Below are positions 24,389-36,870 of a stretch of DNA of 64,000 bases, one piece after another. Made by a program: the position numbers and the translations under genes. The notes under the pieces are model-generated. The model was not told where the DNA came from and did not search any database. It was given only the letters and a program-made list of their open reading frames with translations. Origin of the DNA: Mustelus asterias (lineage: Eukaryota); assembly GCF_964213995.1 (NCBI RefSeq), contig NC_135819.1, positions 51,956,001-52,020,000 of the forward strand, written 5' to 3'. Positions within the stretch are counted from its first letter, which is position 1. Every line of letters begins with the position of its first letter.

Positions 24389-25589
24389 GAGGCAGCCCAG
24401 ATGGTGCTTGTTGATACATTGAGATGAAGTAAAATAAAATAAGATATAATATGACATGATACAGGGTGGGTAAGGGGGAGTAAGAGCATGGTTCACCAGG
24501 TGGAATGAGGCTGAATCTTTCCTTGTGGAGCATAGAGGAACCCTCCTGGCTCCTCAAGGAAATGTGATGTATTTGCCTGTTTGGACCTCTGTGAGCTGTC
24601 TGGCAGGTTTCACTGGTGGAACAACGATGCTGCAGCCCATATCTGTTAAAATTGCCTGTGAGCGACAGGATCCCCATTAGCATACATTAATGAGGTGCCC
24701 ATCTGGGACAGACAGACGCCTCAGTCACCTAGTGTTAAAATTCACCGTGGAGTTAAGAAAAAGAGCTATTTGATTTTCGTTCATGTTCTGCAGTTTCCAT
24801 CAGACTGAGGGAGTTTAATGTTTCCTATATTCTAAATCACACAGTTTTGTGATCCAAAAACCAAACGATCAGGAGTGTTAGTACATTGAGCTAGTTGTAA
24901 TGATAGTGATTTCAGTTCAACCCCTGGCTAAGTTTATATGGAGTTGTCTCTGGTGCTATTTAAAACAGAAACATGTAAAATCTAAAAATGTATCAGTTGA
25001 AGTCTTGGCAAATAATGAGACTGTGCTCCAAATCTTAATATAACACAGTGGGAGTTAGGGAAGAGGAGGAGTGTGTGTGATAGCATACTTAACGCTTAGA
25101 AAATGAGGGAAAGGAATTTGAAAGGATCATTATTGATACTGGCAGGAGCGATAACATTATGAACAGTTGTGGTGGAGCGAAAGGTTGGAGACTATGGAAA
25201 TGCTTTACCAGGTGACGAGATCTTTCTTGAATAAGTTTACAGAAGTGTGAAAAAGGAAAGGCATGCACTTTGATAGTTTACCCAAGGATGACATTTTCCG
25301 TCAAATAGGTAAACACTGTGCAGCGTTATGAAGTAAATCAGGGTTAAATTTGCAGGTTACCTTCCCATGAAGTGCTGACATTCTGCCTCCATCCAGCTGC
25401 CTGCAGGCTTCAATGCAGCCGGGGTTTTCAGTAAAAATATAATCTCAGCTGGGACACATTATGTAAAATAGCCAGCCTGTAAAACACTGTGCCTTGGGGA
25501 TAAATACACCTGTTGGGACTAAGTATTTAACTTTTACCTGCTGGTAATGTCAAACTGGTGAGTGAAAAAAAATCTGCAGTTGTCATTAA

Positions 25590-25832
25590 TCATGTACGAT
25601 CAGACTGGCTCCTCTTTATCCAGCTTTTCAACCTTAGCAGAGCTGAGACCAAATTGTCCACTTACAGGTTCACTGCAAGTAAAAATGATTCTGCTGTAGT
25701 TTGGGCTATTGGTGCTGTTGAAGTCACTCTGTTTATACTACATTACAACATTACATCACTTCAAAAGTATTTACATTGTCAGCAAAGTACATTGTGGGTT
25801 GTGGGAAGTCAATATGAATGCAAGTCCTTTTG
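25590..25832 (+). mobile_element. Ancient Deu-SINE/L2-like 3' end (AmnSINE1/SacSINE1-like)
   Basis: ctacattacaac..cacttcaaaagtattt..aatgcaagtccttt resembles the AmnSINE1/SacSINE1 3' tail as I recall it; heavily diverged. Confidence 0.4.
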
Positions 25833-25864
25833 TTTGTTCGGAATGGCAGAGATTGGCTATAATA

Positions 25865-26566
25865 GGGTGGCACGGTGGCACAGTGGTTAGCACTGCTGCC
25901 TCACAGTGCCAGGCTCCTGGGTTTGATTCAGCCCTTGAGTAACTGTCTATGTAGAGTTTGCACATTCTCCCTGTGTCTGTATCGGTTTCCTCCGGGTACT
26001 CGAGTTTCCTCCCACAGTCCAAAGATGTGTGGGTTAGGTGGATTGGTCATGCTAAATTGCCCCTCGGTGTCCCAAGATGTGTAGGTTAAGGGGATTAGCG
26101 GGGTAAATACTTGGGGATAACGTGGGGGGGGGGGGGGTGTGGGCCTGAATAAGATGCTCTGTCGGAGAGTTGGTACAGACTCGATGGGCCAAATGGCCTC
26201 CTTCTACAGTGTAGAATTCTATTCTATTCTAAAGAAGCCCGCATACGGGGGTGGCACGGTGCCACAGTGATTGGCACTGCTGCCTCACAGAGCTCGGGAC
26301 CCGAGTTTGATTCCCAGTTTTGGTCACTGTCTGTGTGGAGTCTGCACGTTCTCCCCGTGTCTGCATACGTTTCCTCCAGGTGCTCCGGTTTCCTCCCACA
26401 GTCCAAACGTGCTGGTTAGGTGCATTTGCCATGCTAAATTCTCCTTCCGTATTTCCAAACAGGCGCCAGAGTCTGGCAACTAGGGGATTTTCCCAGTAAC
26501 TTCATTGCAGTGTTAATGTAAGCCTACTTGTGACACTAATAAATAAGTTTAAAATTTAAACTTTAA
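25865..26566 (+). mobile_element. Two tandem HE1-type SINEs (25865-26230 CR1-type tail; 26248-26566 alternative tail)
   Basis: Both have full heads; the tails differ downstream of catgctaaatt. Confidence 0.9.
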
Positions 26567-27399
26567 ACATGCCAATTTACAGAATGAACAAAAACTGGCC
26601 AAATTGCAGTCAAGGTTCCAAAATAGCTAATCACTCAAGAATACCCTGGACATATGAAAACATCTGATCAATAAGGCTTGTAACTTATACCCTAACAGCC
26701 ATGATCTGAACAAATGTTAAGCAGGCTCGAAAGCTGAATGGCCTGTTCCTGCTCCTGAGTCCTATGTTCCTATGTTCAACTCTAGGTTTATACAATGATC
26801 CCAAAAATCCATGGCAACTTCAGCAGTGTTCTGTCTAATTCCAGCAGGAATTGACTGGGACAGAGATTAGGCTGACTCTTGGCTGTGTGTTGAGATTTCC
26901 ACGATAGCGAGACCAGGTGTACAAATGATAAACCGATGATTATGAAGATTACAGGAGATCCAGGAAGGATCCCCCAAGGTTTTGGAGTGCATTTTGTATG
27001 GAGAATGTGGAGGCAGGTTACATTTTCTTCTAGGGGTTCCAGCATCCATCTATCCCGCCCAGGAGTCTTCCAACAAACCTTCCAGCCACCTTCCCTGTCT
27101 GGGAATGCCCTCCAATCATGGGTGCCATTTGACGCTTTCCCTATACCATGTAACCTTCATTAGGGTTGGAAGTTGGGGTCAGGGAAATGCCCAGATGGCA
27201 AATTTGAAAATTATTCCCACTGTATATTGTCCAGCTCCATATCCTATTACAGCGATATTCTCTTGCTCCTCAGCTCATAGTGCCACTCCCCTTTCCCATG
27301 CCTTCAGTTTAACTTGCCAATATCCTCTCCCTGAAAGCAGGCAATTGGTACTCTTCTTTCCCTTCAGCCAATTCATGCTGGCACTCTCTCCTCCCATTT

Positions 27400-27650
27400 A
27401 GTTGATGCCAGTACTCATTCTACCCCAATCTAAAATGTTATTTCCAGCTTCTCTTCTCTTCCCATTGTTATTTATTGCTTCCCCCCGTACTTCTCCCTTC
27501 TCCATTCCATTTCATTGCCATCCATTCTCCCCTTCACTCTCCTTCAGTTCCCTCTTCCCTGTCTCCTCTATTGCTATCTATTCTCCCTTTATTTTCACCC
27601 AACAATTCCTCCCCCCCCTTCATTATCAACCTTTACCCCTTTTTCAGTGC
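27400..27650. repeat. Pyrimidine-rich low-complexity tract
   Basis: Strong C/T bias on the plus strand. Confidence 0.6.
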
Positions 27651-28676
27651 AACTCAGCTGAGCCCTATCCAGTCTCAGTCCAGCTGCCAACGCACCAGAC
27701 TCAGTTCTTGTACTCCTGACACTATTGCTAACATGGGTGACAGGAACTGTATCCTTTTCATGCTGGAGGTGGAAGCTTTTATTCTTGGACAAGTTCTTTG
27801 CAACAGTATACAGAGGTGTCATCCCACCCTGCAGCACTTGGAGTAGAGAGCGATCTGGAGCGATACAGCAAGACTGGGCTGGAGTGGGATGGGTGTGAGA
27901 GGACCAGAGTTTGTACAGGGTTTGCTCAGAAAATGCTGGAATGCTGACCAAAAATGCCAATGACCAATAATGGATGTCGGCATGTACGGATGGACCCATG
28001 CTGATTACTTTCACTTCAACACAAAGTGAATCTACCTTCAACAAGGCAGGAGCATTCCCACTGATCAAATAGTGCAGGTCAGTCTGTAACAAAAAATGAA
28101 CTTTGTGCAACTGACTACAAAATATAACTATAAAAATCTCCTCCAAACCAGAGAATACTGCCATAAATGAACAAGCAAATAATTTGCTCCGGCAATTACT
28201 GTAAATAGTAGGTAATTCACCATCAACATTCACACATTGCCAGTTTTTGGAGAATATTATCGACAAAGATTAAGGACTGGTGACTCACAGCATGACAACC
28301 TGCGACAAATCCTATGATTTCTCTAACCTCCTTTGATAACTGTGATTTTCCTTGTCATATTCATAATGGTGGCACAATCAGTGAAGAAAAGAAATGATAA
28401 ATAACAGAATGTTTTTGTTTCAGCACTGTCTCCTTTAAGTATATCACTTTGCAGAATGAGTTTGCAGATGTTCAGAGAAAGATTCCTTATGGCCAAAGGA
28501 TGAAGGCCAGATGTTACAGGTGTGTTATCTTCTTGAAAATTTCCTTACGTTGCCAAATCAGCTAGATGGATCACAAACACTTTTCATAGCAAATTGATAA
28601 TAATCGGAACCATTTAACTTTGGCGGAGTTTTATGATGTTGTATAATTCTTATCACCTATATAAAATTAAGGGCTA

Positions 28677-28906
28677 AACACAGAAAATGTTGGAGGTGCT
28701 CAGCAGGTCTGGCAACAACTGTGGAGAGGAAAAATGGAGTTAATGGCCGGAATTCTCCGACCTCGCCCGCAGATGGAATTATCCCGTCCTGCTGCTGTGA
28801 ATGGAGATTTGGCTAAGCGTCACATTCTCTGTTCTCACTGGTAGCGACAGCAGGGCGTGCAGAGAATTTCGGCCAACATTTCAGGCTGGTGGCCTCTCAT
28901 CAGAAC
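28677..28906 (-). mobile_element. Second Penelope-like pLTR fragment, hammerhead interrupted by MITE family A (28745-28874)
   Basis: Minus strand reads gtt-CTGATGA-g-aggc-cacca-gcct-GAAA-tgtt [MITE] aactcc. Confidence 0.7.
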
Positions 28907-29249
28907 TTCTGACAATTGTTTGTAACCCTTCTTGGATTGACACTATTGGTACAGTTGGTATTGTTGTCTCATCCGAACACACTCCAGACAAGACTGTCCT
29001 TTCCATTGCCACAGTTAAACAGATAAGGCTCTTCGTACAAAGTTTATGGCTGGAATTTTACCGCCTCGCCCGCCCGAGGCTCATAAGATCCAGCCCGAGG
29101 CCAATGGAGGATGCCGTTCTGAGAGTAAAATTCAATTAGCCTCTGTTTAAATGCAGGTAGACTCACCATTCCAGTTAAGGACCATGACAGAGACAATCTG
29201 CACGACATATTGTATTTATTTATTTAGCCTTTAATTAGCCAGGTAAGTC

Positions 29250-29554
29250 GCACAGTGGCACAGTGGTTAGCACTGCTGCCTCACAGTACCAGGGACCCGG
29301 GTTCAATTACAGCCTCGGGTCACTGTCTGTGTGGAGTCCGTACGTTCTCCCCGTGTCTGCGTGGGTTTCCTCCGGGTGCTCCGGTTTCCTCCCATAGTCC
29401 AAATGTGCTGGTTAGATGCATTGGCCATGCTAAATTCTCCCTCCTTGTACTCGAACAGGCGCCGGAGTGTGGCAACTCAGGGATTTTCACAGTAACTTCA
29501 TTGCAGTGTTAATGTAAGCCTACTTGTGACACTAATAAATAAACTTTAACTTTA
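29250..29554 (+). mobile_element. HE1-type SINE, alternative tail
   Basis: Full head, core and tail. Confidence 0.9.
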
Positions 29555-30139
29555 AGTCAATTGATAGCCAATTCTCATTTACAATGACAACTTGGCCAAA
29601 AGGCGAACACCTCAGCAACAGAAAATATACAACAGCACATTTATTTAAACACTCAAAACAATAAAATACAAATTAGCAATGGAAGAGAATTGACAGTTTC
29701 GCAAGTCCAAGTATCAGTCAACAGAGGCTTAATCCTTGGGCAGAAGGCATCCATGGTAATTGAGCTAGTTTGTTTTGGCTTTAGTTGTACCTCATTCCCA
29801 TCAACAGCTGCCACAAACTGAAATGAGTTAAGACCAAAGGCTGAGCTCATTCTTGGAGTGACCAATTTTATCAAGTTACATGACATCAGATTGTAAGAAA
29901 AGACAGTAACATGTAACAAATCTTTCAAATTGGCTGGGGATTCCTGAGCAAGGCTCGATAAATTAACAGAATACTTCCATCTTGTGTCCCTCTGTCCCTT
30001 CACTTCTGTGCCAACTGAATGCTTTCACATGCCTTGAACTATCTCTAAGTCCTGAAATGCCAGACCAACAGTTTATGTAAGGCAAGTTGATGATGCATGA
30101 TTCTCTGGTCTATAATACTATTTGATTCCCACTGTTAAG

Positions 30140-30610
30140 ACTATATGACCATAAAACATAGGAGTAGAATTAGGACACTCAGCCCATCGAGTCTGCTCCG
30201 CCATTCAATTATAACTGATACTTTTCTCATCCCCATTCTCCTGCCTTTTCCCCAAAACCCCTGATCCCCTTTTTAATCAAGAACCTATCTATCTATGTCT
30301 TAAAGACACTCAATGACCCGGCCTCTGCAGACTTCTGCAGCAAAGAATTCCACTGATTCACCACTCTCAGGCTGAAGAAATTCCTCCTCATCTCTGTTTT
30401 AAAGGATCGTCCCTTTAGCCTGAGGTTGTACCCTCTGGGTCTAGTTTTTCTTACTAGTGGAAACATCCTCTCCACAACCACTCTATCCAGGCCTCACAGT
30501 ATCCTGTAAGTTTCAATAAGATCCTCCCTCATCCTTCTAAACTCCAACGAGTACAGACCCAGAGTCCTCAACCGTTCCTCATACGACAAGCCCTTCATTC
30601 CAGAGATCAC
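30140..30610 (-). mobile_element. CR1 3' fragment
   Basis: ORF 30293-30481 ..FKTEMRRNFFSLRVVNQWNSL..; 3' UTR. Confidence 0.9.
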
Positions 30611-32204
30611 CTTGAAGAGTCAATCAGTGCACTTTTCTCAGTCCATTATTGGCTGTGAAAGTAACTGCAAAGCCGTTGTTCTCATTGAGAACATAAAGAC
30701 ATCTGCTGGTGATGGAGGTTGCCGTGGGACGGTCGTGATCAGAAAATCAGAGTTAGCAAACAGCATAAGCAGCCATTCCAGGAGTATTCTATTTTCACAT
30801 TATATTGTGTATGTTCAACCAATTCAGAAAAAAAAATAACGAAGCAGATTTTTAGATGCTTGAGAAGCGAGAAAATGACTATCACTAAAGGAATGTGTGC
30901 GGTCACAAGACTGTTGGGCAAGCATGTCAAACTCAGAAGGTCTGACATGAGGCAACCTGTGTGCAGCTGCTTTGATGACAGATTTCTACTCACAGTCAGA
31001 AATTGGTGAACTTTAATACTTATATCTACAAGAAGAAGAGGAACTCCATAGTTTAAATGATCTTGGGCATTTAGTAACAAACTCTAGGTGCGATTCATGG
31101 GAAACAGCCTGTCAGGAATCCAGAATACCAGCCAGTGCAGTGAATGACAGGTTCTTTAATTTGGCAGGTTGCTGTCACCTTTTTTTGATGCAGGGAGAAT
31201 AGAAATGGTTAAGAAAGTCCAAATGCACAGGAGCCAACCTGACTGACAATTCCTATTATAATTTCCTTTTTACAGAATATTCAGACATTCATATCAGTAA
31301 ATCCACAAAATCTGCCAGCAGCTATATTCTCCCATTGATTTTTTTTTATCATTTACCTATATAATAAATCATTTTCTGTCATACAAAGAACAAGTCGCAA
31401 GCTTGAAGGATTTATTTAAGTTGAAGAAGAAAATCCTTTATTGGTTGTGCAAAAAGAATCTCTGATAAAAACGTAGAGAAGACCAAATGTGCGTTCTCAA
31501 TGATTTAATGATGTGTTGTTAAAGTACGGCAAAGGAGTATTTTGTGCTTTCACTCCTAGCCAATTTGGTTCGACCGTCACCAGGTTTTTTGAGGAATAGG
31601 TTGTGAATAAGAGAAATATACATCCAAATCTGGCCTCAAAATTGATGCAGAGACGCATTGTGATTATCTACATTTTCCACTGCTTAGCAACCAAATGTAG
31701 TACATTGTCTGGAATAAATGCTAAAAGTATCTCATGTTTTACATTTTACATCTGAGATGTTACTCAGTGTTTGTGAGTTGACGTGATTTCCATGTACACG
31801 AGAGCAAGCAACATGATTACTCATATCCAGTTCCGAATGGTGACAAAGTTTTCCCTGAATCAACATGTCAAAAAGGTTATAGCGATTAAGAATGAATCCA
31901 ACAGCTAACAAATAAAACCCATGAAGCAGGAAGACACATTGGCTTAAGTACATGCACATACAAAAATTGTATTTTCAATTATGTTTGGAGGACTGGAATA
32001 TCCAAAGATAATACAATGGAGGACAAATATAAATGGATCAATTTTCCTGAATTTATGACACAGGGAATGGAATATAGTGGTAATGTTATATATATATATA
32101 TAAATATTTGTAAATAACTTATTTTCAACTGGATTATTTTGGCAATTTATTTTGTTACTCCCTGCCTTTCTTGAATTTCCCCCGGGGAGGTAACTTATTT
32201 CACT

Positions 32205-33060
32205 GAGAAGGCCACAAAAGAGACTCCAAGATGGTATGTTGCCTTCCTGTTGCAAGGGTCAGGGATGTCACTGAATGGCTGCAGGGCATTTTGAAGGGGG
32301 AGGACAAACAGACAAGAGATGGTGGCACGTATTGGTACTGATGATATAAGTCGAGAAAGGGATGTGGTCCAGCAAGCAGAATTTAGGGAGCTAGAAAATA
32401 GATTTAAAAATAGGACCCAGAAGATAGCAATCTCTGGATTACTTCCATGGCCATGAGCTAGTGAGTTTAGAAATAGAAGGTTAGTTCAGATGAATACGTG
32501 GCTGGAGAGATTGTGCAGAAGGGAGGGTTTTAGATTTCTAGGACATTGGGACCATTTTCGGGAATGGTGCGAAGTGTACAAGTCGAACAGATTGCACCTG
32601 AACTGAAATAGGACCAGCGTCCTTGCCAGAAAGTCTGCTAGTGCTGTTGGGGATGGTTTCAACTAACTTGGCAAGGGTGTGGACTTTTTTCCCTGGAGTG
32701 TAGGAGGCTTAGGGGTGATCTTATAAAGGTCTATAGAATAATGAGGGGCATAGATAAGATAGATAGTCAACATCTTTTCCCAACGAGAGGAGAGTCTAAA
32801 ATTAGAGGGCATAGGTTTAAGGTGAGGGGGGAGAGATACAAAAGGAACCAGAGGGGCAATGTTTTCACACAGAGGGTGGTGAGTGTCTGGAACAATTTTG
32901 ACTTTTAAAATCACTTAGACAGTTACATGGGTAAGATGGGTATAGAGGGATATGGACCAAACACAGGCAATTGGGACTTGCTTAATGGTTAAAAAAAAGG
33001 GCGGCATAGACAAGTTGGGCCCAAGGATCTGTTTCCATGCTGTAAACATCTATGACTCTA
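32205..33060 (+). mobile_element. CR1 element: ORF1 SGNH-esterase remnant (32205-32666) joined directly to the ORF2 3' end and 3' UTR (32680-33060)
   Basis: VCCLPVARVRDV..IGTDDI..EFREL..IAISGLLP..MNTWLERLCRREGFRFLGHW..LHLN, followed by tccctggagtgtaggaggcttaggggtgatctt..ttcacacagagggtggtgagtgtctggaac. Confidence 0.85.
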
Positions 33061-33433
33061 TTATTAATTTTACAGTTTTGATCATTGTGAGAATTCTTCC
33101 TGCCTTTTGACACTGTGGTATTTGATAACCTAGTCATAATATTTAGAGCATTTTTTGACCTTGAGTTGCAATGAGATCCACCTCTCATCTGTGGAAGATG
33201 ATGTCAGTTGTTGGAAGGACTATATTCTAACCAGAATTTGTTTGTTTTTTTCTGTCTTAATCCACATTATCAAGAGTTATATAATACATTTAAACCAATA
33301 ATAAGGGTGATCATTTAATTTGCTACCCATCTAGGAAATTATACATTTGTGAATATTCACTCTCTCTGGCAATCTAGTGAATATAAATGCCAAATCAAAG
33401 GTATAATTTGATGTTTTCTGGGAAGGAAATAAA

Positions 33434-33569
33434 GGCTGGAATTCTCCGGTCTTGCACGCCCCGCTACCGCTGACAGCCAGAACGGTGAATTTGGCGCTCA
33501 GCCAAATCTCCATTCACTGTAGCGGAACCAGAGAATCCCAGCCATGTGCGAGGTCAGAGAATGCGGCCC
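33434..33569. mobile_element. Harbinger-type MITE, family A (reverse orientation)
   Basis: ggctggaattctcc / agagaatgcggccc; reverse complement matches 6216-6351. Confidence 0.7.
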
Positions 33570-35539
33570 AAAGTCTACAAAAGGTCCACAACCTGCAACA
33601 ACAAAATTATTAATTTAATAATTGGAAATATTTAGCTGTTCCGAGGGAAAACAATAAAAATGATGTTGAATTATTGAAACAACTGAGGGCGGCATTGAAG
33701 AAAGGAAGGGAGCTGGGCATGGGTGATCTGAATTGATTGGAGTCTTTCACTGAGGAAAGGAAATGTCAGGTCTATTAAGATACTTCTTTCTGTTGCAGCC
33801 TTAATCTCCGATTTAGTAATTTTCCAAGGCAACTTTGAAATTTGGGGCCACGCCAGTACCAGAAATGTTACAAATTGACCTTGGAAGATGAGCAAGTGAT
33901 GAAATGTGGAAGAAATTCAACGGAAAATGTCAGGTTTACATCATATGTGTCAAAATTATAATCCACTTTCTGAGTGCCCATGGTATTCATGTTATTTCCA
34001 CAATTCTGTCAAATATCAGACTGGCAACTTTATTCTCCTGTAAAGACTGTCTGAATGATTGGAGGGGCAACTGAAGGAATCTTAATTTTCTTTATTTCCA
34101 GAAAATCCACAAACATGCCTTGTAAGAAATCCAAACGCATCCACGAGGAGACATTTCCATTATTAAGCATCAAGTGTACAAATAAACTTCAATGGTGTTT
34201 GGTTTAACTTGATGCCATTTAAGTGTTCTTCAAATGCTCATAGCATGAAAAGAAATTACCCTCAAACTCTGCTTTCGTACTTTGTTGAACACTTGACAGT
34301 TCTAATAGAAAATGTAACAAAGGCAAGTCAGTGAATAAGAAGGTGGTACCAGAGGCTGGTCACCTTAGAGATAAAAGATAATGATTTTTTCCAGGAGGGA
34401 GTCTTTATACAAGGATCAAATTCGTTATTCATTTCATCTGTTCATCCAGAGGGGCCAGTTAACTGAATACCACTGGGACCTGAATCCAATAGAATCCAGC
34501 AAGTATTAGTTATGGGCACTGTCAGGTTTGACAGTCAGTTTGTTATAATAATACAATCAGGTTCACCATGAAATAGAAAACTGATAGAAAATGTGATACC
34601 GAGGAAGTATAGTTCCTGTGCTAATTACAAAAGCTGCACTTTCCCTGATTATGCTGTACATTATAACGTTCCCTGTGACATAAAAAGGTAATAAAATCAT
34701 ATTACAGCAGTGGATCACAGTCACTATGCCACAATTTATGATATTAACAAATTTCTCTTGAGGACAGTTGCAGAATAATTTGACGGGAATATGCTTCTAC
34801 TGTAACTTGCTCTACTCAAGGTATGAAAACATAAAGTCGTTCTCCCCTTTAAAACCAACCAGCCACACTATTTGTTCTAATTACTGTCCACACTCTTAAA
34901 TTATGTTAGGAACCAAAATTAGCAAAGGCCTGCTATACTGACACATGAATATATTCTTCAATAAAGTCAAATTCTCTCCTTCTAGGAGAGGATGTGTTCA
35001 AGAAAATTTAAGCACCAGCCTTTAATTGCTGTGTCTATTAAAGTAACAAATCTTCCAATGCAAAATAAGTAAATTTGGATAACATTGCAAATGATGCACT
35101 TAGGAATCCCTCTTGGAAGTTCCCACATAAAGGTTTACTCAGCAATTATCCAGAAGTGCTCATTTCCCCTGGACAATTGTGCTGGATGGGGAACCATTCG
35201 ACAGAAGCCATTTAAATCGTTAACTTCAGACGGTTCTGCCAGTTTTACCCCGATAGTTACTTTGAAAGAGAAAGAAGGGAAAAAAGGTCACATCTAACTC
35301 CAGAGTAACTATCTAAACACCCAGACCCAACCATGCATGGGACAACCCGCACACACATGACCTCCCCCCCACCCCCAACCCCAGTGGATCCCTTACACCA
35401 CCCCCACCCCCAACCTGATACCATTGATGGGTGGGGCAAACCAGTAAAATCACGCGAGAACCGAGAAATCAGGATCTATTGATAATTTCAATAGATTTTC
35501 CTACAAAGTAAATAATTTATGCTCAAAATTTCATGGTTA

Positions 35540-35709
35540 GAAGTCTCACAACACCAGGTTAAAATCCAACAGGTTTATTTGGTAGCACTCACCTGATGGA
35601 GAAGCAGCTCTCCGAAAGCTCGTGCTACCAAATAAACCTGTTGGACTTTAACCTGGTGTTGTGAGACTTCTTACTGTGCCCACCCCAGTCCAACGCCAGC
35701 ATCTCCACA
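35540..35709 (+). mobile_element. Fold-back Penelope-like insertion with one hammerhead core in the loop
   Basis: ~50-bp arms 35539-35588 / 35622-35671; core cac-CTGATGG..GAAAgctc-gtg; 17-bp TSD tcaaaatttcatggtta (35523-35539 / 35710-35726). Confidence 0.88.
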
Positions 35710-36542
35710 TCAAAATTTCATGGTTATTGATCACATGTGCAAGCTGATCCAAAATGGTTCACACACAATCTGCCATCCACATTGATTTCTTTGATCAAAC
35801 CCAGTAACCAAACAAAAGATGAAAAGAAAATCTACCCATCCCTCACGCATATACAGTGAAGCAAATTTGCCCGTAACTTCTTCAGAGTGACAATCTCCTC
35901 CAGATTGCCACTCTGAATGGATTTATCCACATTGTAATTCCAAAGCCCCTGTCTCGCCCAACCTTCCTCAATCAGGCTGAGTAAATCAGGAGCAGCAAAG
36001 CACACCCCCAGCTGCATTGGCATGGAGTAACTGAGGAACAGGGAAGAGAAGGGCGCCACCTTTTTATGGCTGCCGTAAAGGACATGTTCAAATGGATATT
36101 TAACGGCAGATTTTAAGTTTCGAAGATATGTGGTTCAGACAATTGGGGGGAGACTGGGAGGAAGAGAAAGGGGGTGGGAGTGGGGAGAGAGACCTGGAGA
36201 CAGGGAGTTAGTGATATGTGGGTTGGGTCAGGTCAGCGGGGAGGTGTTTGGGTCGGGGTCAGTTCGGCGGGGGTTGGCTCAGGCTGGGTGGGGTGAAGGG
36301 GAAGAGTTGGACTGGGTTGGGCTGGGTTGGGATTGGTGGTTGTCGGGTTGGTTGTGGGGGTGGTGTAAGGGATCTACTGTGGGAGGGTCCTGTGTGTGCA
36401 GGACGTCCCATGCATGGCTTGGTCTGTGTGTTTAGAGAGTTACTCTGGAGTTAGATGTGATTTTTTTCTCCTTCTTTCTCTCCCAGAGTAACTATCGGGG
36501 TAAAACTGGCAGAACCATCTGAAGTTAGTGATTTATAATCAT

Positions 36543-36870
36543 AGAAATCATAGAAACCCTACAGTGCAGAAGGAGGCCATTCGGCCCATCGAGTCTGCAC
36601 CGACCACAATCCCACCCAGGCCCTACCCCCCACATATTTACCCGCTAATCCCTCTAACCTACGCATCTCAGGGGCAATTTTAACCTGGCCAATCAACCTA
36701 ACCCGCACATCTTTGGACTGTGGGAGGAAACTGGAGCACCCGGAGGAAACCCACGCAAACATGAGGAGAATGTGCAAACTCCACACAGACAGTGACCCGA
36801 GCCGGGAATCGAACCCGGGACCCTGGAGCTGTGAAGCAGCAGTGCTAACCACTGTGCTACCGTGCCGCCC
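36543..36870 (-). mobile_element. Young HE1-type SINE with TSD
   Basis: Flanked by tttataatcat / tttaaaatcat; head and core nearly identical to 58544-58888. Confidence 0.93.

Noticed and set aside
27595-28266. 223-aa minus-strand ORF in unique sequence
   Set aside because: Non-ATG start, no recognisable domain, no supporting splice structure; runs into a low-complexity tract.
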